From: the human T2T-CHM13v2.0 reference genome, Homo sapiens
Reading direction: 5' to 3' (one strand)
Assembly: GCF_009914755.1 (NCBI RefSeq)
Contig: NC_060925.1
Length of the DNA: 64,000 nucleotides
Each line of letters starts with the position of its first letter. Positions within the stretch are counted from its first letter, which is position 1. Below are positions 46,560-60,215 of the stretch, one piece after another. The notes under the pieces were generated by a model. The model saw only the letters and a program-made list of their open reading frames with translations. It had not been told where the DNA came from and did not search any database. Made by a program: the position numbers and the translations under genes.

Positions 46560-47640
46560 TTTTTTCTTTCATAATTGAGATTTTATTCAATCAGTACATA
46601 GCCATTATGGATAATTTGTAAACAAGTCCTAATGTAAGTTTTCTAAAGTATTAATTATTCCATTCTTTTCTAAACAGTAATTGTAGTGACTTTCCAACTT
46701 AAAGCTAGAGGCAAACTTTCCTTAAGAAAATATATCAGGCCCTAGTAATTTCAAATATTGATAAACTGTTAGGTTTAAAGCCCCACTAATTAACAATTTA
46801 GTATCATACTGCTATACTTCAAAATTTCCAAACTTTAACAATTCTGATATATGGAGAGCCAAAATGAGGGAGCAGTTTTCTTTAGGAGCAATTCTATTTG
46901 TTTTTAAAGCAAGAACATGGAGATAGGCTTTAAGTAATTTAAAATATTCAGAGATATTAGTGGATAATTGTGACTGCTAATGGCCATTTTGTTAAATTCA
47001 TAAGATACAAAAACTGCCCTTCCTAGCAGCCAATACAGTTAACACCCAAGACTGTCAAATCCTCCCTTATGTTGACATCTTCACATTTTAGGTTGTACAG
47101 AAAAATTACAGGCATATCATTTCTTTTTTTAAAGAAAGTACATACATGCAGGTGTGCACTCACACATGCACACTTGTGCACACACACAACTTCCTTCTAA
47201 AATATGTGTTTTTAGAGCTATTTAAACAATCTTTTATTTACAACATAGGTAATAAAAATATTTATCCAGATTATAATGAAGAAGATACAGGAACCATAAG
47301 ACTTGGTAACTATATTAATCAGATTTGATTTTTTTTCTCTCCTTAATTAAAGACTAGACCCTCCTCAGTTTTAGTTTCTCTACTTTCTGCAGGAAAGTTG
47401 TCTTTAGTTTCTTAGATGGCCATTTCAGCCTGTTTGCCTTTTGCTCCCCATTTTCCTTTGCAGTTTTTTGGCTGAAGATTTATCCTTTCTTCCTCCCTTT
47501 TTGGCTTAGTTTCAATTTTTGTAGGAAGTGGCTAGGAACCTTGCCGAACTATTCAAGAGCTCCTCCTTAACTCTCACTTAGCTAATGTGATCATCATCTT
47601 TAGTTTCCTGGCAGTGTTTTGTGGTGGGGAGCACAGATGC
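46560..47640 (-). pseudogene. HMGN1 processed pseudogene (degraded CDS ~47315-47615, 3'UTR, AATAAA near 46580)
   Basis: Reverse strand reads ...TKIETKPK...KDKSSAKK...GAKGKQAEMAI*ETKDNFPAESRETKTEE...KSD*, matching HMGN1 KDKSSDKK..GAKGKQAEVANQETKEDLPAENGETKTEE..KSD; no introns. Confidence 0.85.
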
Positions 47641-47793
47641 ACTGTGCAACCCTTCACAAAGCCATGTTGCATTGTTGCTGTATCTAAGTACCTCGCATAA
47701 GCCCAATTTATATACTCTTCATGTATAGTATTTTAAAATATAAACCACAGAATAAATAATCATTATTAATTAGTAAAGCTAATGACTGTTTGG

Positions 47794-48186
47794 TGCTGTG
47801 GTTTCAATGTTCCCTCCAAAACCCATATTGAAACTTAATCCCCAATGTGGCAGTTATTGAGAGATGGGGCCTGCACTCATGAAAAAATGTGTCCATTAAC
47901 AGATTAATGAGTTATCATGGGAGGGGAAATGGTGGCTTTATAATAAAAGAGAGATCTAAGTTAGCACATTATCATGCTCAGTCCTCTTGCCATGTGATAC
48001 CCCACACTGCCTTGGAACTCTGAACTCTGAACTCTGTAGAGTTCCCACTGGAAAGAAGGCTTTCACCACATGCAGTCAACCTTGGACTTCCCAGCCTCCA
48101 GAATGGTAAGAAATAAATCCCTTTTCTTTATAAATTACCCAGTTTTAGGTATTCTGTTATAAACAAAAGAAACTGGACTCAGACAT
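47794..48186 (+). mobile_element. MST-type MaLR solo LTR
   Basis: tgctgtggtttcaatg...gaaacttaatccccaatg...cttggacttcccagcctccagaa...ggactcagaca. Confidence 0.8.
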
Positions 48187-48774
48187 CTGGATTTATCTAA
48201 ATGCTTATCCTTTTATCTCATCCTCACTTCTTGTATGTGAGACCTTCCTATTAGGGTCTTGTTCATTTCTCCTGGATAATCCATTGCTGGCATGGACTTT
48301 TTCCATTTTTAAAATCTGTGACTGTTTTTATTCTAGTTCTTAACAGATCACTCTTCTGGGTACACAATTTTAGGTAGGAAGTTATTTTCCTTCAGTAATT
48401 TCATTACTGTTGCCTTCTAGCTTCCATTGTTGCTCTTGAGAAATGGCTGTTAGCTAACTGATTCTTTTTTTATATATGATGTCTTTTCTCTCTGGCTGCT
48501 TTTATGATCTTCTCCTTGTCCTAAGTTAATTGTAATTTAACTATTATGTGTCTAGTAGTTTTTAGATATCTGGCTTGGGATACACTCTGATTCCTGTATC
48601 TGTGGATTCATGTTTTTCGTCAGTTTTGCTAAATTCTCATTCTTAACATAGAATATTGCTTCTCCTCCATTCTATCTATTCATTCCTTCTGAGGCTATAA
48701 GATCTTCTCATTCTGTTCACCTTATATCTTAACCTCTTCTTATATTTTTTAATCTCCTATCTCATTGCTACATA

Positions 48775-48972
48775 CAGTAAGTCCTCACTTAACATCATTA
48801 ACAGGTTCTTGGAAACTGCAACTTTAAGAAAAATGATGTACTGTATAATCAAACCAATTTTACCATAGGCTAATTGATACAAACAAGAGTTAAGTTCCTA
48901 TAGCATACAGTATATCATTTCACTTAAAGATGCGGTTTCTAAGAACCTATCCATGACATAGAGGAATTACTA
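48775..48972. mobile_element. MER6-type DNA transposon
   Basis: cagtaagtcctcacttaacatc...ggttcttggaaactgc and inverted end tctaagaacctat...gaggaattact. Confidence 0.7.
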
Positions 48973-49489
48973 TACTAGGTAATTTCTTCAGTTTTACTTT
49001 CCACTTCACTAATTTTATCTTTAACTGTATTTAATCTGCTGTTTAACCTAGCCATTGAGCTTTTTAAAGTGTTTTAGTGCTAAATTTAATAAATATACAA
49101 AAAAGAACATAAATATGTAATTATATAGCAAATATACATGTACAATATTCCAAGTCAACAACACAAGTACCATAGAAATCTGTGTGCCCCTTCTTAAGTA
49201 TACCTTTCTTCATCTTTCTAGAAATAAACATTTGCTAGACTTTTATGATAATTGTTTTATATTTTTGTCACCTATATATAAATATTTAGACAATAGTTTG
49301 AACAAATTGTATTGATAGATTCTTTTGTGTCTTAGTTCTTTTGTGTCTTTCTGTTTTATTTAAGATTGACTAAAATTATTGCTTGTGGTTCTGGCTTATT
49401 CATTTTCATTCCTGTATAGTCATATTTTAAGTACTCACTAGTCACAGGTGTCTAGTGGCTACCATATTGAAAAGTGCTGCTCCAACCAA

Positions 49490-49589
49490 AGGCTGGGGCA
49501 AAAGTAATTTTTGTTTTTTTTTTTTTTGTTTTTTTTTTTTTGCCATTTAAAAGTATGGCCAAAATCGCAATTACTTTTGCACCAACCTA
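49490..49589. mobile_element. MADE1 (Hsmar1 MITE) with expanded T tract
   Basis: Inverted repeats gcaaaagtaatt / aattacttttgcaccaaccta. Confidence 0.85.
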
Positions 49590-51529
49590 TAAATATAAAT
49601 AGGAGGTGAATTGCTCGGTCATAGGAAATGCATATATTTGACTTTAAAGGATAATGCCAAAATGTTATTCAAAGGGATTGTACCAATTTACATTCCCACC
49701 AGCAATTTATGAGATCTTATCCATGGAATTTTAACTTCAACATTTCTGTTTTTTTAAATGTTTACCAGTTTCTTATAAATGATATAAATGAACAATTTGA
49801 TAAAAAGGCACACAGGGGAAATCTAGAAGGGTCCTGAGTGCAGGAGCTTCTGTCCCCATGGAGTTGGGGTAGGCACTCTACTGGCACAGAGATGTGTTCA
49901 CCAATTTGGAAGCTTCCCAACATTTCTATTTTTAAATTCTAAAATATCTCTTTAGGTTCTTTTTCAAGTCAGTCTTGTCATATTGTTACTTTCTTGGTAC
50001 TTGCTCATTTCTGTGATTTCATCTTTTGTATCTAAATTTTATACATATTTATTTTATACTGTATATCTCTTATAATTCCAATATCTGAAATCATTAGACT
50101 CTTAATCTGTTTGTTGTTCTGCTGACTCTTACTTGCAGTTGCTTATTTATTTATGTCTTTGGTGATTTTTAATAGTCTTTAATTTTTAATAATTAATTTC
50201 TAATACTAAATATTTTACATATTTATTTGATCTGAGAGTAATAGTCCACCAAACGTCCTATTAACTTCTTATACTCTACTGTGGTTTCTTGGGGGTTGTA
50301 AGAGGATAAAAATCATGCATATGGGATTGCAGTTGACAAATATTAAAATAATTATTCATTCTCGTTTGTACAGCAGTGAGTAAAAAATAAAATAAAATAA
50401 AAAGAGCAATAATTATTTATTATGCTTTTTTATTTCTCCAAATTTCCTACCATAAACACATAATGCTTTTAAAACTATGAAATAATAAAATAATCATGGA
50501 ACCAGAATATTTGCCAAACACAAAATCAAGTAGCAAAATTTTATTTGCATTATGAAATAGGATTTTAGGTCACTTCCTAAGAGGCTAGTTATTCAAAATT
50601 AAGGTGTCCCCTTCTTTGTGCTTTCCTATTCCACACTGTGGATAACTCTATCAATGCAGAGGCTTAAGAGGAAATGATTTCTCGAGATGATTTTTGAAAT
50701 ATTGCTTCTGATAGAAGCTAGAATTTCTACCCATCTGGGAGCACCTTAGCCCCGGTCCAGAATCCCTGGCTCAATGCTGGAATCCTTTCATCATTAGACA
50801 TAACCATGTCTTGTTATTAAAATGGATATAGAGACATGACTTACGGGTAAGCATATTTAGGTATGGTATTTATACCTAAGGAAAGGAGCCCAAAATGCAG
50901 AGAAAATAGCAGGGTGAGGAGCACAGAATAAAAAAGAAAAAACTATAACTGGGAGTTAATTACAAGGGTTGGAGATAAAAACAGACCTTGAGGCCTATTG
51001 TTGGTTACTTGGATAATTTCCCACTATGGCTATTCTCTGGGATATGGCCTTTTACTTAGTCAAGCATAAGACACAAGCAAGAATTTCCAGGTAGCTGTTT
51101 TCTCCAAGTGCTCGATCCTAGAGATTAGTACTGACCTAGAATTTAAGGTCCATCTTTGTCAACCCTCCCAGAACATCAGAAGTCTTCCATGGTTTTTGGC
51201 ATCCTGTGGGGAATAATGGTCAAGTTACGCAGTTTGAAATTAGGAAAAAACAAAAAAAAAAAAAAAAAAAAAAAAGGAGGAGGCGGAGGGGAAGCAGGAG
51301 CAGATAGAACTATATCAAACAGATGAGCAAACTTAGAGGTTTTAAATATTTAAATATTAAATAGTTTTTGTTAACATTTCAGCATTTGGGACAGCACTTG
51401 GGCCTGTGATTCCTCTGAAAGACTTTTCTGGAGGGTAAGATTTTCCTTTGGAAAGGGTTGTTACCCCCTTTTATTTACTTATTTTAAAGGAAGACAATTC
51501 GATAATAAACTATTTCAGTGGGTGATTTG

Positions 51530-52080
51530 TAGCGGTCAGTACCGTTTACTGAAGACGTTTAAAACGTCACAGACCGCAGCCAACGCCCTTCCCAATACCT
51601 GATGTGTGAATTTCCTTCATCTTGTGGTTTGGCGTGGGTTTTGGAGGAGGAGTTTCAGAAAACGGTCAACATCGGCACAGTTAGGGCTTTATAAACAGGC
51701 TATCCAGAGTTCGACTCCTCCTCCTGCACTGGCTAGTCTTGAGAGCCTCTTCCCGGGAAAAACTCGGGTGGAAAGACCATCCGAGGGGAGTGAGCCGCAG
51801 AATCACGTAGGGGCTGCAGCGCCCGCCGCCGGCTAGCCGGTAATGCGCAGGCACAGGGAGGGGCGCACGCGGAGAAGGGGTAGGTACGGCGGGCTTGCAG
51901 CAGGCAAGGCAACCTGCTTCCAGTCTTCAGCCGCACACCCAGAAGGAGGGAGTCGCTGGCCGGGAGATCGGGCTCCAGGTTTTCTGTCTCACTCCACGCG
52001 CACAAATTGGACCCCAAGACACCTCACTCCGTTGCCACTTACCCACCCATCGTGGGACATACTCAGCACACCCATCTGAC
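51530..52080 (-). promoter_or_regulatory. Second CpG-rich promoter-like island, probably a distal CCDC181 5' exon region
   Basis: CpG-dense unique sequence with NRF1-like tgcgcaggcac; minus-strand donors TGG|gtaagt (after 52043) and CAG|gtattg (after 51599). Assignment to CCDC181 is from recollection of a long 5' isoform, not shown by the sequence. Confidence 0.6.
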
Positions 52081-53545
52081 GGCTGCTCTTGCCCTGCCTG
52101 GCATTGTTTTCTGAGCTCTGCTTTCTGAGCAAGGCCTACTCCCCCAACCCTTCCCCACTGCGGTTAATATCTTACAAACTTGACAGTGGAACTGGGGCCA
52201 AAGTGACCATTAATTTGCCAGGTAGGGTGGGAATCAGAATCCTGGTTTATCCGCTTCATAGATGTGTAATCTTGGCAGGTTATTTAAACTTTCTAAGCTA
52301 CTTTTTGAAACGTAAACACACATTGTAGAATGTTAATTTAGCAACCTCAGATCAGTCCTGTTTTCGTTTTTTCCACTGCCTTAAGTCATAAAAGGGCTTC
52401 CTTACCTACTACACCCAGCCAATTGCAATGGCAATCCAGCTAGCAATTTTAGGTAGTATCTTCCCATACAATTCATCATATCCATCTTTGCCAGATTAAA
52501 TTTCTTAAAAATAAGCTTAGTCATTACTCCCCATCCCCATCTCCAATTAATAATCATTACAAAATGACTCACGCTGTCTTCCCAACTCTATCTCATCCTA
52601 CTCTTCTACACATATTCCTTGTTGACTGTACCCATCTCCTGCACTTTCTGGCATTCATATCTTCACTTGTGGCCCTTTCTCCACTACACAGTTCCCCTTT
52701 CCACATTTCTGTTAAAATCCTACCCATCCTGCATGGTCAACTTAAATGCCATCTTCAGGAAGCCACTCCTGATTTTCCCAGTGTCCTCATTCTCTCTTCC
52801 AGACCGAAGCCTTTTGTTATGATACCTATCTTGTATTGCAGTTGTGTACCTCTGTTATCCTTTCTACTTATCTTTTCCAATTATACATCTTAGGGTCCTT
52901 GAGGGAAAGAACCACGACTTTTTCATCTCTGTATCCTCACAGGTGCTTTCCAAAATATGAACTAAAAATAAGGGGAGGATTTAGAAAGCTTCTGATCATT
53001 TTCATTTCGATTGAAACATTCAAAGTTTCTTTTGAGAGTGCAATGTTGAAATTGGTAGCTACAAATTAGTTGTAAATGGAGAGCAAGGGGAAGGAAACTC
53101 ATTTCTTAAATCCCTGCTCAGTACTTGCAATGTGACAGGTGCTTTCACTTATGTTTGCTCATTTCTTCACAATTCTGTGAGGTATCATACCATTTACAGA
53201 TGAGAAAACTGAGGCTCAATAGAGTGACTCTGCTAACGTATCACAGCTTTGAGTGGCAAACCTAACATTTTGAACCCTCTTCTGTAGTATTACTTACTGA
53301 AAAAAGTAGAGGAACTAGTATTTCTACAAGGTCCTTTTCAAGAATCAAAGGAGATGATGTTAATAAATGCCCTTCCTAAAGTATGTTAAATATAAGGTAT
53401 TAATTATGGGGAATATGACATAATAGGTAAAACAAATAGATATCATACCATTTCTATCATTTAAGCACAATAGTACCTTGAATAAGGCATCCAGTGGACT
53501 AGAGATCAACAGGCATTTTAATCTTAATATTTTACACTGATGTGC

Positions 53546-53788
53546 TTTTTTTTTTCTGAGACAGTCTCTCTATCCCACGCAGGAGTGCAGTGGTATGATA
53601 TCAGCACACTGCAACCTCCGCCTCCCAGGTTCAAGCGATTCAGCCTCCCAAATAGCTGGGCTAATTTTTGTATTTTTTCTAGAGACGGGGTTTTGCCTTG
53701 TTGGCCAGGCTGATCTCGATCTCCCGCCCTCAGGTGACCCACCCGCCTTGGCCTCCCAAAGTGCTGAGATTCCGTGAGCCACCGCAGT
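53546..53788 (-). mobile_element. AluS with internal deletions
   Basis: Reverse Alu; TSD ctgatgtgcttttt at 53537 and 53789. Confidence 0.9.
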
Positions 53789-53855
53789 CTGATGTGCTTT
53801 TTAAAAATGACAACTCCAATTTTGTAGGCTGCATTTAAAAATACAGTAAGAATAA

Positions 53856-54140
53856 GGCTGGGCAAGGTGGCTCATGCCTGTAATCCCAATAATTTGGGAG
53901 GCAAAGGTAGGAGGATCGCTTGAGGTCAGGAGTTCAAGACCAGCCTGGACAACATAGTGAGACCCCATCTCTACAAAATAACAATTCACTGGGTGTGTTG
54001 GTACCCGCCTGTGATTTCCAGCTACTTAGGAGGCTGAGGCAGGAAGACTGCTTGAGCCCAGGAGTTCAAGGCTGCAGTGAGCTGTGGTTGTGCCACTGTA
54101 CTCCAGCCTAGGAACACTGACTCTTTAAAATAAAAATTTA
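53856..54140 (+). mobile_element. AluJ
   Basis: J-type right arm (ttgagcccaggagttcaaggctgcagtgagct). Confidence 0.9.
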
Positions 54141-54352
54141 AAAAGATGAGCATTTAACTATTGTATTGGCAGGTGGCTGAGTCCATCACATACCATTTAT
54201 ATAATTAAATGTTCACATGACACCAGAATCTGTTTTGCAACAAAAAACAAAAATAAGACATGGTCCCTGGTCTGAAGGCTTCCAATCTGAAAGGTAATAA
54301 GACACAGGCAATGAAACTATAGGGCTATAAAACTATATTTAAAAAAATTTTT

Positions 54353-54640
54353 GGCCGGGCGCAGTGGCTCATGCCTGTAATCCCAGCACTTTGGGAGGCC
54401 GAGGCGGGCGGATCACGAGGTCAGGAGATCGAGACCATCCTGGCTAACACCGTGAAACCCCATCTCTACTAAAAATACAAAACATTAGCCGGGCGTGGTG
54501 GCAGGTGCCTGTAGTCCCAGCTACTCGGGAAGCTGAGGCAGGAGAATGGCGTGAACCCAGGAGGCAGAGTTTGCAGTGAGCCGAGATTGCCACTGCACTG
54601 CAGCCTGGGCAACAGTGCAAGACTGTCTCAAAAAAAAAAA
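54353..54640 (+). mobile_element. AluY
   Basis: ggatcacgaggtcaggagatcgagaccatcctggctaacac; ggagaatggcgtgaaccc; CpG-rich. Confidence 0.93.
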
Positions 54641-55254
54641 ATTTATTTTTGCATGAAAAATTTCCAGGACTTTGGTGATAAGCAGCGAAATCAATGCCTT
54701 AAGTAGATTTTGAAATGGTATATTAAAAAATGGTACTCATTTGGATACTGTAAGAAAATACTGATTAGGTTTCTGGGATATAATGGACAAATGATTCTCA
54801 ACTCATGGCAAGAAGATTCCTCCCTGGGTATCAGAATAATTTGAGGTGGAACAAAGAGGCTATGAAGTTTCAGAACAAGGTGGTATTTTCTGCTCTTGCT
54901 TTAATTTCCTTTATTGTAAAAATTCAGTTAACATCAAAGAGAGTGTCTTTTTTTTTTTTTTAAGGAAGAATGCTTTAAAAAGAGATAAGAGCAGTGCCAA
55001 CATGAAAACCAAAAAAAAAAAAAAACAGTGCAACGGGGTGCCAAAAAAAAGGGGGAAAACATCTGAAATAAGGGGGAAGAGTCAAAGGTAAAAATCACAA
55101 AGCAATGGAATAATTAAAAAGATAACAAAAGGTTAACTAGGCAAGTTAGACCAGGGGAAGACTTAATATGAAATTTGTCCTAGGATAAATTATTAAAATA
55201 TTTAAAGATATAATCTAAAGCTCCTACTGAAATAGAAGATAAATTTAAAACAAT

Positions 55255-57193
55255 TTTGATTAAAAAGAGAAAATATACTGTAAAATATTTATTTAATAAA
55301 AATAATTTTATAATCTATACAGAATTGAATAAAAAGTACAACAAATTATTTTCACTTATTTACAAAACTGCATACAGTACAACTTGCACATTGAGTTCAG
55401 CATTCTATAAATATGGCCACATACCAAGATGTGAACATATTCTTGTCTTATATAAGAAAAGGCTCAGGTTGTATGCCACAAACTTTGAATTAAATTCCAG
55501 GGAAATATTGCTTTGGTAACATGAACAATTTGTACCACATTCCATTAAAAAAAGATTTAATAAAATCCCTCAAACAGCACTTTTCTACTTGTTTCGGAGT
55601 ACACAATTCCCAAATTAGCACAAACAAAACAAAGCAAAAAAAGAAAAACAGACAGAATGTAAAATGAAGGTTGCTACTTTTATGATATCACTTCCCTTTC
55701 CCTTCCTTAGCTAGTGTTCTTTTCCTTTCCCTTAATAGTAAAGGATGGTGAATAGAAAATGACCTATTCTTATCCCCATCCATTTGCTTCTAGGATTCCT
55801 GCTTAAACCAAATGAGTATGTCGACTTTGCAATCTTGACACACTATTATTAACACTGTTCAGCTGTGTCATTCTAAAAAAGTTAATACCCCAGTTAAAAG
55901 CACCTATCTAGATTCTTTTCAAGATAAGGCAACAAAGTCAGCTTTAAAATAGTTTTCATGTCTGACATATACTAGCAGCCCCTTGGTAGACTGATTTCAG
56001 AATTAAATGCATATAGAACATTTTTTCAAGTAACTTGGTAATGAAATCACTAGCAATTTTAAGCAAATATTCAAGATGATCTACCTTTAGAAACAAAGGC
56101 AGATTTAAGGTAAAAAAATGCAGGAATCACATCTATCCTAGTTCCTGTCCCATTGAAATAATTGAAAAGAGGCTCAGTTTATGAAAAAGGCCTTGGACTA
56201 ATGCAATTCCTATTGACATCTTTACTCGGATAAGAAAAACAAATTAATATAAAAACTATAAATAGGGATGAAATTATTAAAAAAAGATTTTTCATTTTAT
56301 TTTGGAAATAAAAGGGAATACAAATACAAATGGCCTAGTTACATCTTTAGCCTATATATGAACTTTTAATCTTGGAATTAATAGTCCTTCATATTGAAGA
56401 TTTAAAGACAAGCAAGCGTACCTTAAGCTTTCTTAAGTCTCTTCATTTAGCAGGCTTCAAAACTTGCCTTATTTTCTAACTAAATGAGCTTCTCTGGGAA
56501 GCATATGAATAATGCAAAAACGTACTTCTAAACAAATTTTACAGAAATAAATAATCGTCACAATGGGAACCAAGAACATTCATATGATGAATTTTTTTAA
56601 AATAACTTAAAATTAGAAATGATACGTACACCTTAAAATACAGAACACTAAACCAGAACAAATATTGCCAGTGATAGAATAACTATGTAGAAAGACCAAT
56701 GTACATGAGTAACACAGAAATAAGAATTAAATTGAATAGAGGCAGATGCTGTTAGAACATATTTCCATCCATCATGACTTGCAACATTTTGTGGCCTCTG
56801 TGGAGCCCTGGTCCCACCAGGCCAAGCATCTGGCTAAGTAGATACAGACATATGTGACCTATAAAACACCAAACTCACTTGCTAATGAAGTATACAACAC
56901 CATGTGCTGCTTTGATTGCTCTTGACTGGTTTTTAAAATCAAGTTCACTTTTGAATCAGAAAAAAAGTCATCCTTAAATTAGCTCTCATAAATAATCCAT
57001 GAAATAAACTTTACTTCTGGCTCCTCTGAATAGTATCATGTTATTCCCGGAACACAAGGTATTAGTCAAGTGGCTGCTGTGAAGTCAAGAAATGCACATT
57101 CATAAATATATGTCTACGCTTTAAAAAATCAAATACATCCAGGCAGTTGCTGTGCAGAGTTCTTGCTATAAGAAGAAGCCCTTCAGCAGTATA
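55255..57193 (-). other. SLC19A2: SLC19A2 3'UTR (~1.9 kb); polyA signal AATAAA at 55293-55288
   Basis: Repeat-free AU-rich stretch after the stop codon, ending at an AATAAA/ATTAAA cluster; exact cleavage site estimated. Confidence 0.75.
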
Positions 57194-57322
<129 letters not shown>

Positions 57323-57870
57323 CTAGAAGGGGGAAAAGCAGTTTATTGAATTATCAATGACAAGAGGATTACTCTATAATAAAGTATATTCAGAATTTGT
57401 CCATAAAGCCTCAAAAAATATTGCATACTTACACCACGTGCCAGACCCTGAAGACACAAAGCAGCATCACAGCACGGTGGTACTAAATAAAGCCTGACTG
57501 CCTGAGTGTGAATCCTGACTTCATCCCTTACAAGCTGCGTGAACTTGATTGAGATACTTCATCTCTGAGCCCTTCTTCACTTACAAAATGGAATTCATAG
57601 TAGTTCTCACTTTACAGCGATGTTGGTACCCATCAGTGAGATCATAAATGCTTATTAGCACAATGCTAATGCTGTTAGTATTACTTTTATTGTTGTTGCT
57701 GTTATTGTTATAATTCAGTCCTGGTCTCTGCCTTCAAGCTGATAGGTGGGTACAAATAGGCCAAATTCTGAAGATCAAGAACTTCTCTATTTTTCCCCAG
57801 AAGAGGGCAGCGGCAGGTCAACTATATTCCATTACAGGATTACTTAATGTAAGAATTCTTCCCTAAGACA

Positions 57871-58157
57871 ATTTTTTTTTTTTAAGTTCTGGGGTACATG
57901 TGCAGAATGTGCAGATTTGTTATATAGGTATACGTGTGCCATGGTGGTTTGCTGCACCTATCAACCCATCATCTAGGTTTTAAGCCCTGCATACATTAGG
58001 TATTTGTCCTAATGCTCTCCCTTCCCTTGCCTCCCACCCCCCAACAGGCCCCAATGTGTGTTGTTCCCCTCCCTGTGTCCATGTGTTCTCATTGTCCAAC
58101 ACCGACTTATGAGTGAGAACATGCAGTGTTTGGTTTTCTGTTCCTGTGTTAGTTTGC
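57871..58157 (-). mobile_element. Short 5'-truncated L1PA7/8-like 3' end in SLC19A2 intron 5
   Basis: Poly-T plus L1PA 3'UTR; TSD-like ccctaag on both sides. Confidence 0.88.
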
Positions 58158-59455
58158 GGCGGATGATGCCCTAAGCGAAATTTTAATGTGACTATATGGT
58201 TTATTAACATCATCATCATCATCATCTTCTTAAAATAACATACTAAATACTTACAAACTGGTTCAAAAGTACAATGAGAGTATGGCCTTAAATCACTGAG
58301 CCAGTTTCTTTCAATGTTGGCTACACTTCTGCAGGAAGCCATTAATCAATCATGGCAGTTAGGGTTTCAGCACCACCCATAAAATCCTATTATTCCACGT
58401 GTTTAAATCCACCATTTCTATAAGAATCTGCTGACAAATTTCCACTTCCAATGACAGCCATGTTTCCCTCAACTGTAATAGTCCTGGGAACTCTCCCTTA
58501 TACAGGGAGGATGGCAAGCACTTAAGTTTCTCTCCTACTTTCCATCCTGAAATAAGTTTTGGGGTTAGATGTTGGTTTAACTCTAAGCTCTGGAACACTA
58601 CTAGTGATGGTATGGACAAGTCACTTAACATCTCTCAGACTCATCTTCTTCACGTCTAATACAGCAACCCTACAAATCCTATATAAAGCACTTGACACGT
58701 AGAGGCACTCAATGCACATTGTCTATTATTACTATTTCTCTCTTAGATCGCTTCAGTAAAAACAAAGTTAATTACGGCTAATATGTTGGGAAGAAATCAT
58801 TTGGGTTGGGATGGGGGTGGGAGTAAATACTTCTTGATTCATTCAGTTGCCCATTTTACCAAAGTACAAAACAAGATATACTTAAAACTCACAATGCATG
58901 AAGGCATATACAACTATACAATTCCTGAACGTAAAAAGTATTCACATTGTTGTTGGGTGTTGGTGCAAGTTTCTCAATAGTCATAAGTTACAAATCATAA
59001 TGTTGTTCATCAGCAGCAAGGCATTACCGTGGTATTTGGGTGAGGGGTGTTTTAAATAAAGAAGGGAGGAGACTTAAAGAGTTGTGAGATGAAGCAGGGA
59101 ATCTCAAACATGGGATACAGTATTCCAAGCATAGATTTAAGTATAGAGGGAAATAATGGATGAGGAAGCAGAAGGTCTTGGTCTGTAAGGAATCAATATT
59201 ACCTCTCAGCTGAAACAGCCCCATTGGGCTGATGAGTTACACTCGGGAATGTTCTAAGACCTGACAATCCCAACACCCTCCCAGGAGAAAAGAACTAAGG
59301 ATAGGGGAGAAGATGTTGAATGAAGGAAGGAGGGTATGCTTTTACTTTACATCTGTTCCCTATTGTTTGGATTTGTTTTCATTAAGCATACATATACTTC
59401 TGTCACCCTGATCAAGTCACACATACTACCTTCGATGCCAAAGGAGAGATCTTAC

Positions 59456-59597
59456 CTGAGTGGTAATTTCTAATCCAAGGCCACTGGCATCTACCACAAT
59501 TAGAGTGAGCAGCGTCTGCAGTGCCAGGGCAATGAAGGTATTTACACCAAATACTAGGGCATAGCGTTCCATGCTGAGGTTTGCAGCAATTTGAAAA
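59456..59597 (-). CDS. SLC19A2: SLC19A2 exon 5 (142 bp): [47 protein letters not shown]
   Basis: ttttaag acceptor and CAG|gtaaga donor; SLC19 family motif [12 protein letters not shown]. Confidence 0.97.
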
Positions 59598-59942
59598 CTT
59601 AAAAAAAAATAAAAGAGTGAATAAATAAGAATTACTTCTGGAGTACTTATAATATTTATTCTAAATAAAAGTAAACATTTATCTTTAAACATGAAGAGTC
59701 CTTCTTTCTACTGTCAATTGCCTTTCCAACCAAATGAAAACATTCTGCAACTAAATGATATAAATCTCATGCAAACATCTGAAAACAGTAGGAACATACA
59801 AACATGGGAATAAACAAAACTTGCCTAAATGCTTCCTCAGGAGAAAAACTGATAATGCACATATAATACAATGCTTCCTCCCATTTGCCTCATTTAACTA
59901 GAAACTTGAATATTTTGGTTTGTAAAGAAACCAAAAAATTTA

Positions 59943-60215
<273 letters not shown>

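Noticed and set aside
51246-51274. Orphan poly(A) tract as a retrocopy tail
   Set aside because: No TSD or recognisable upstream element; probably a simple repeat.
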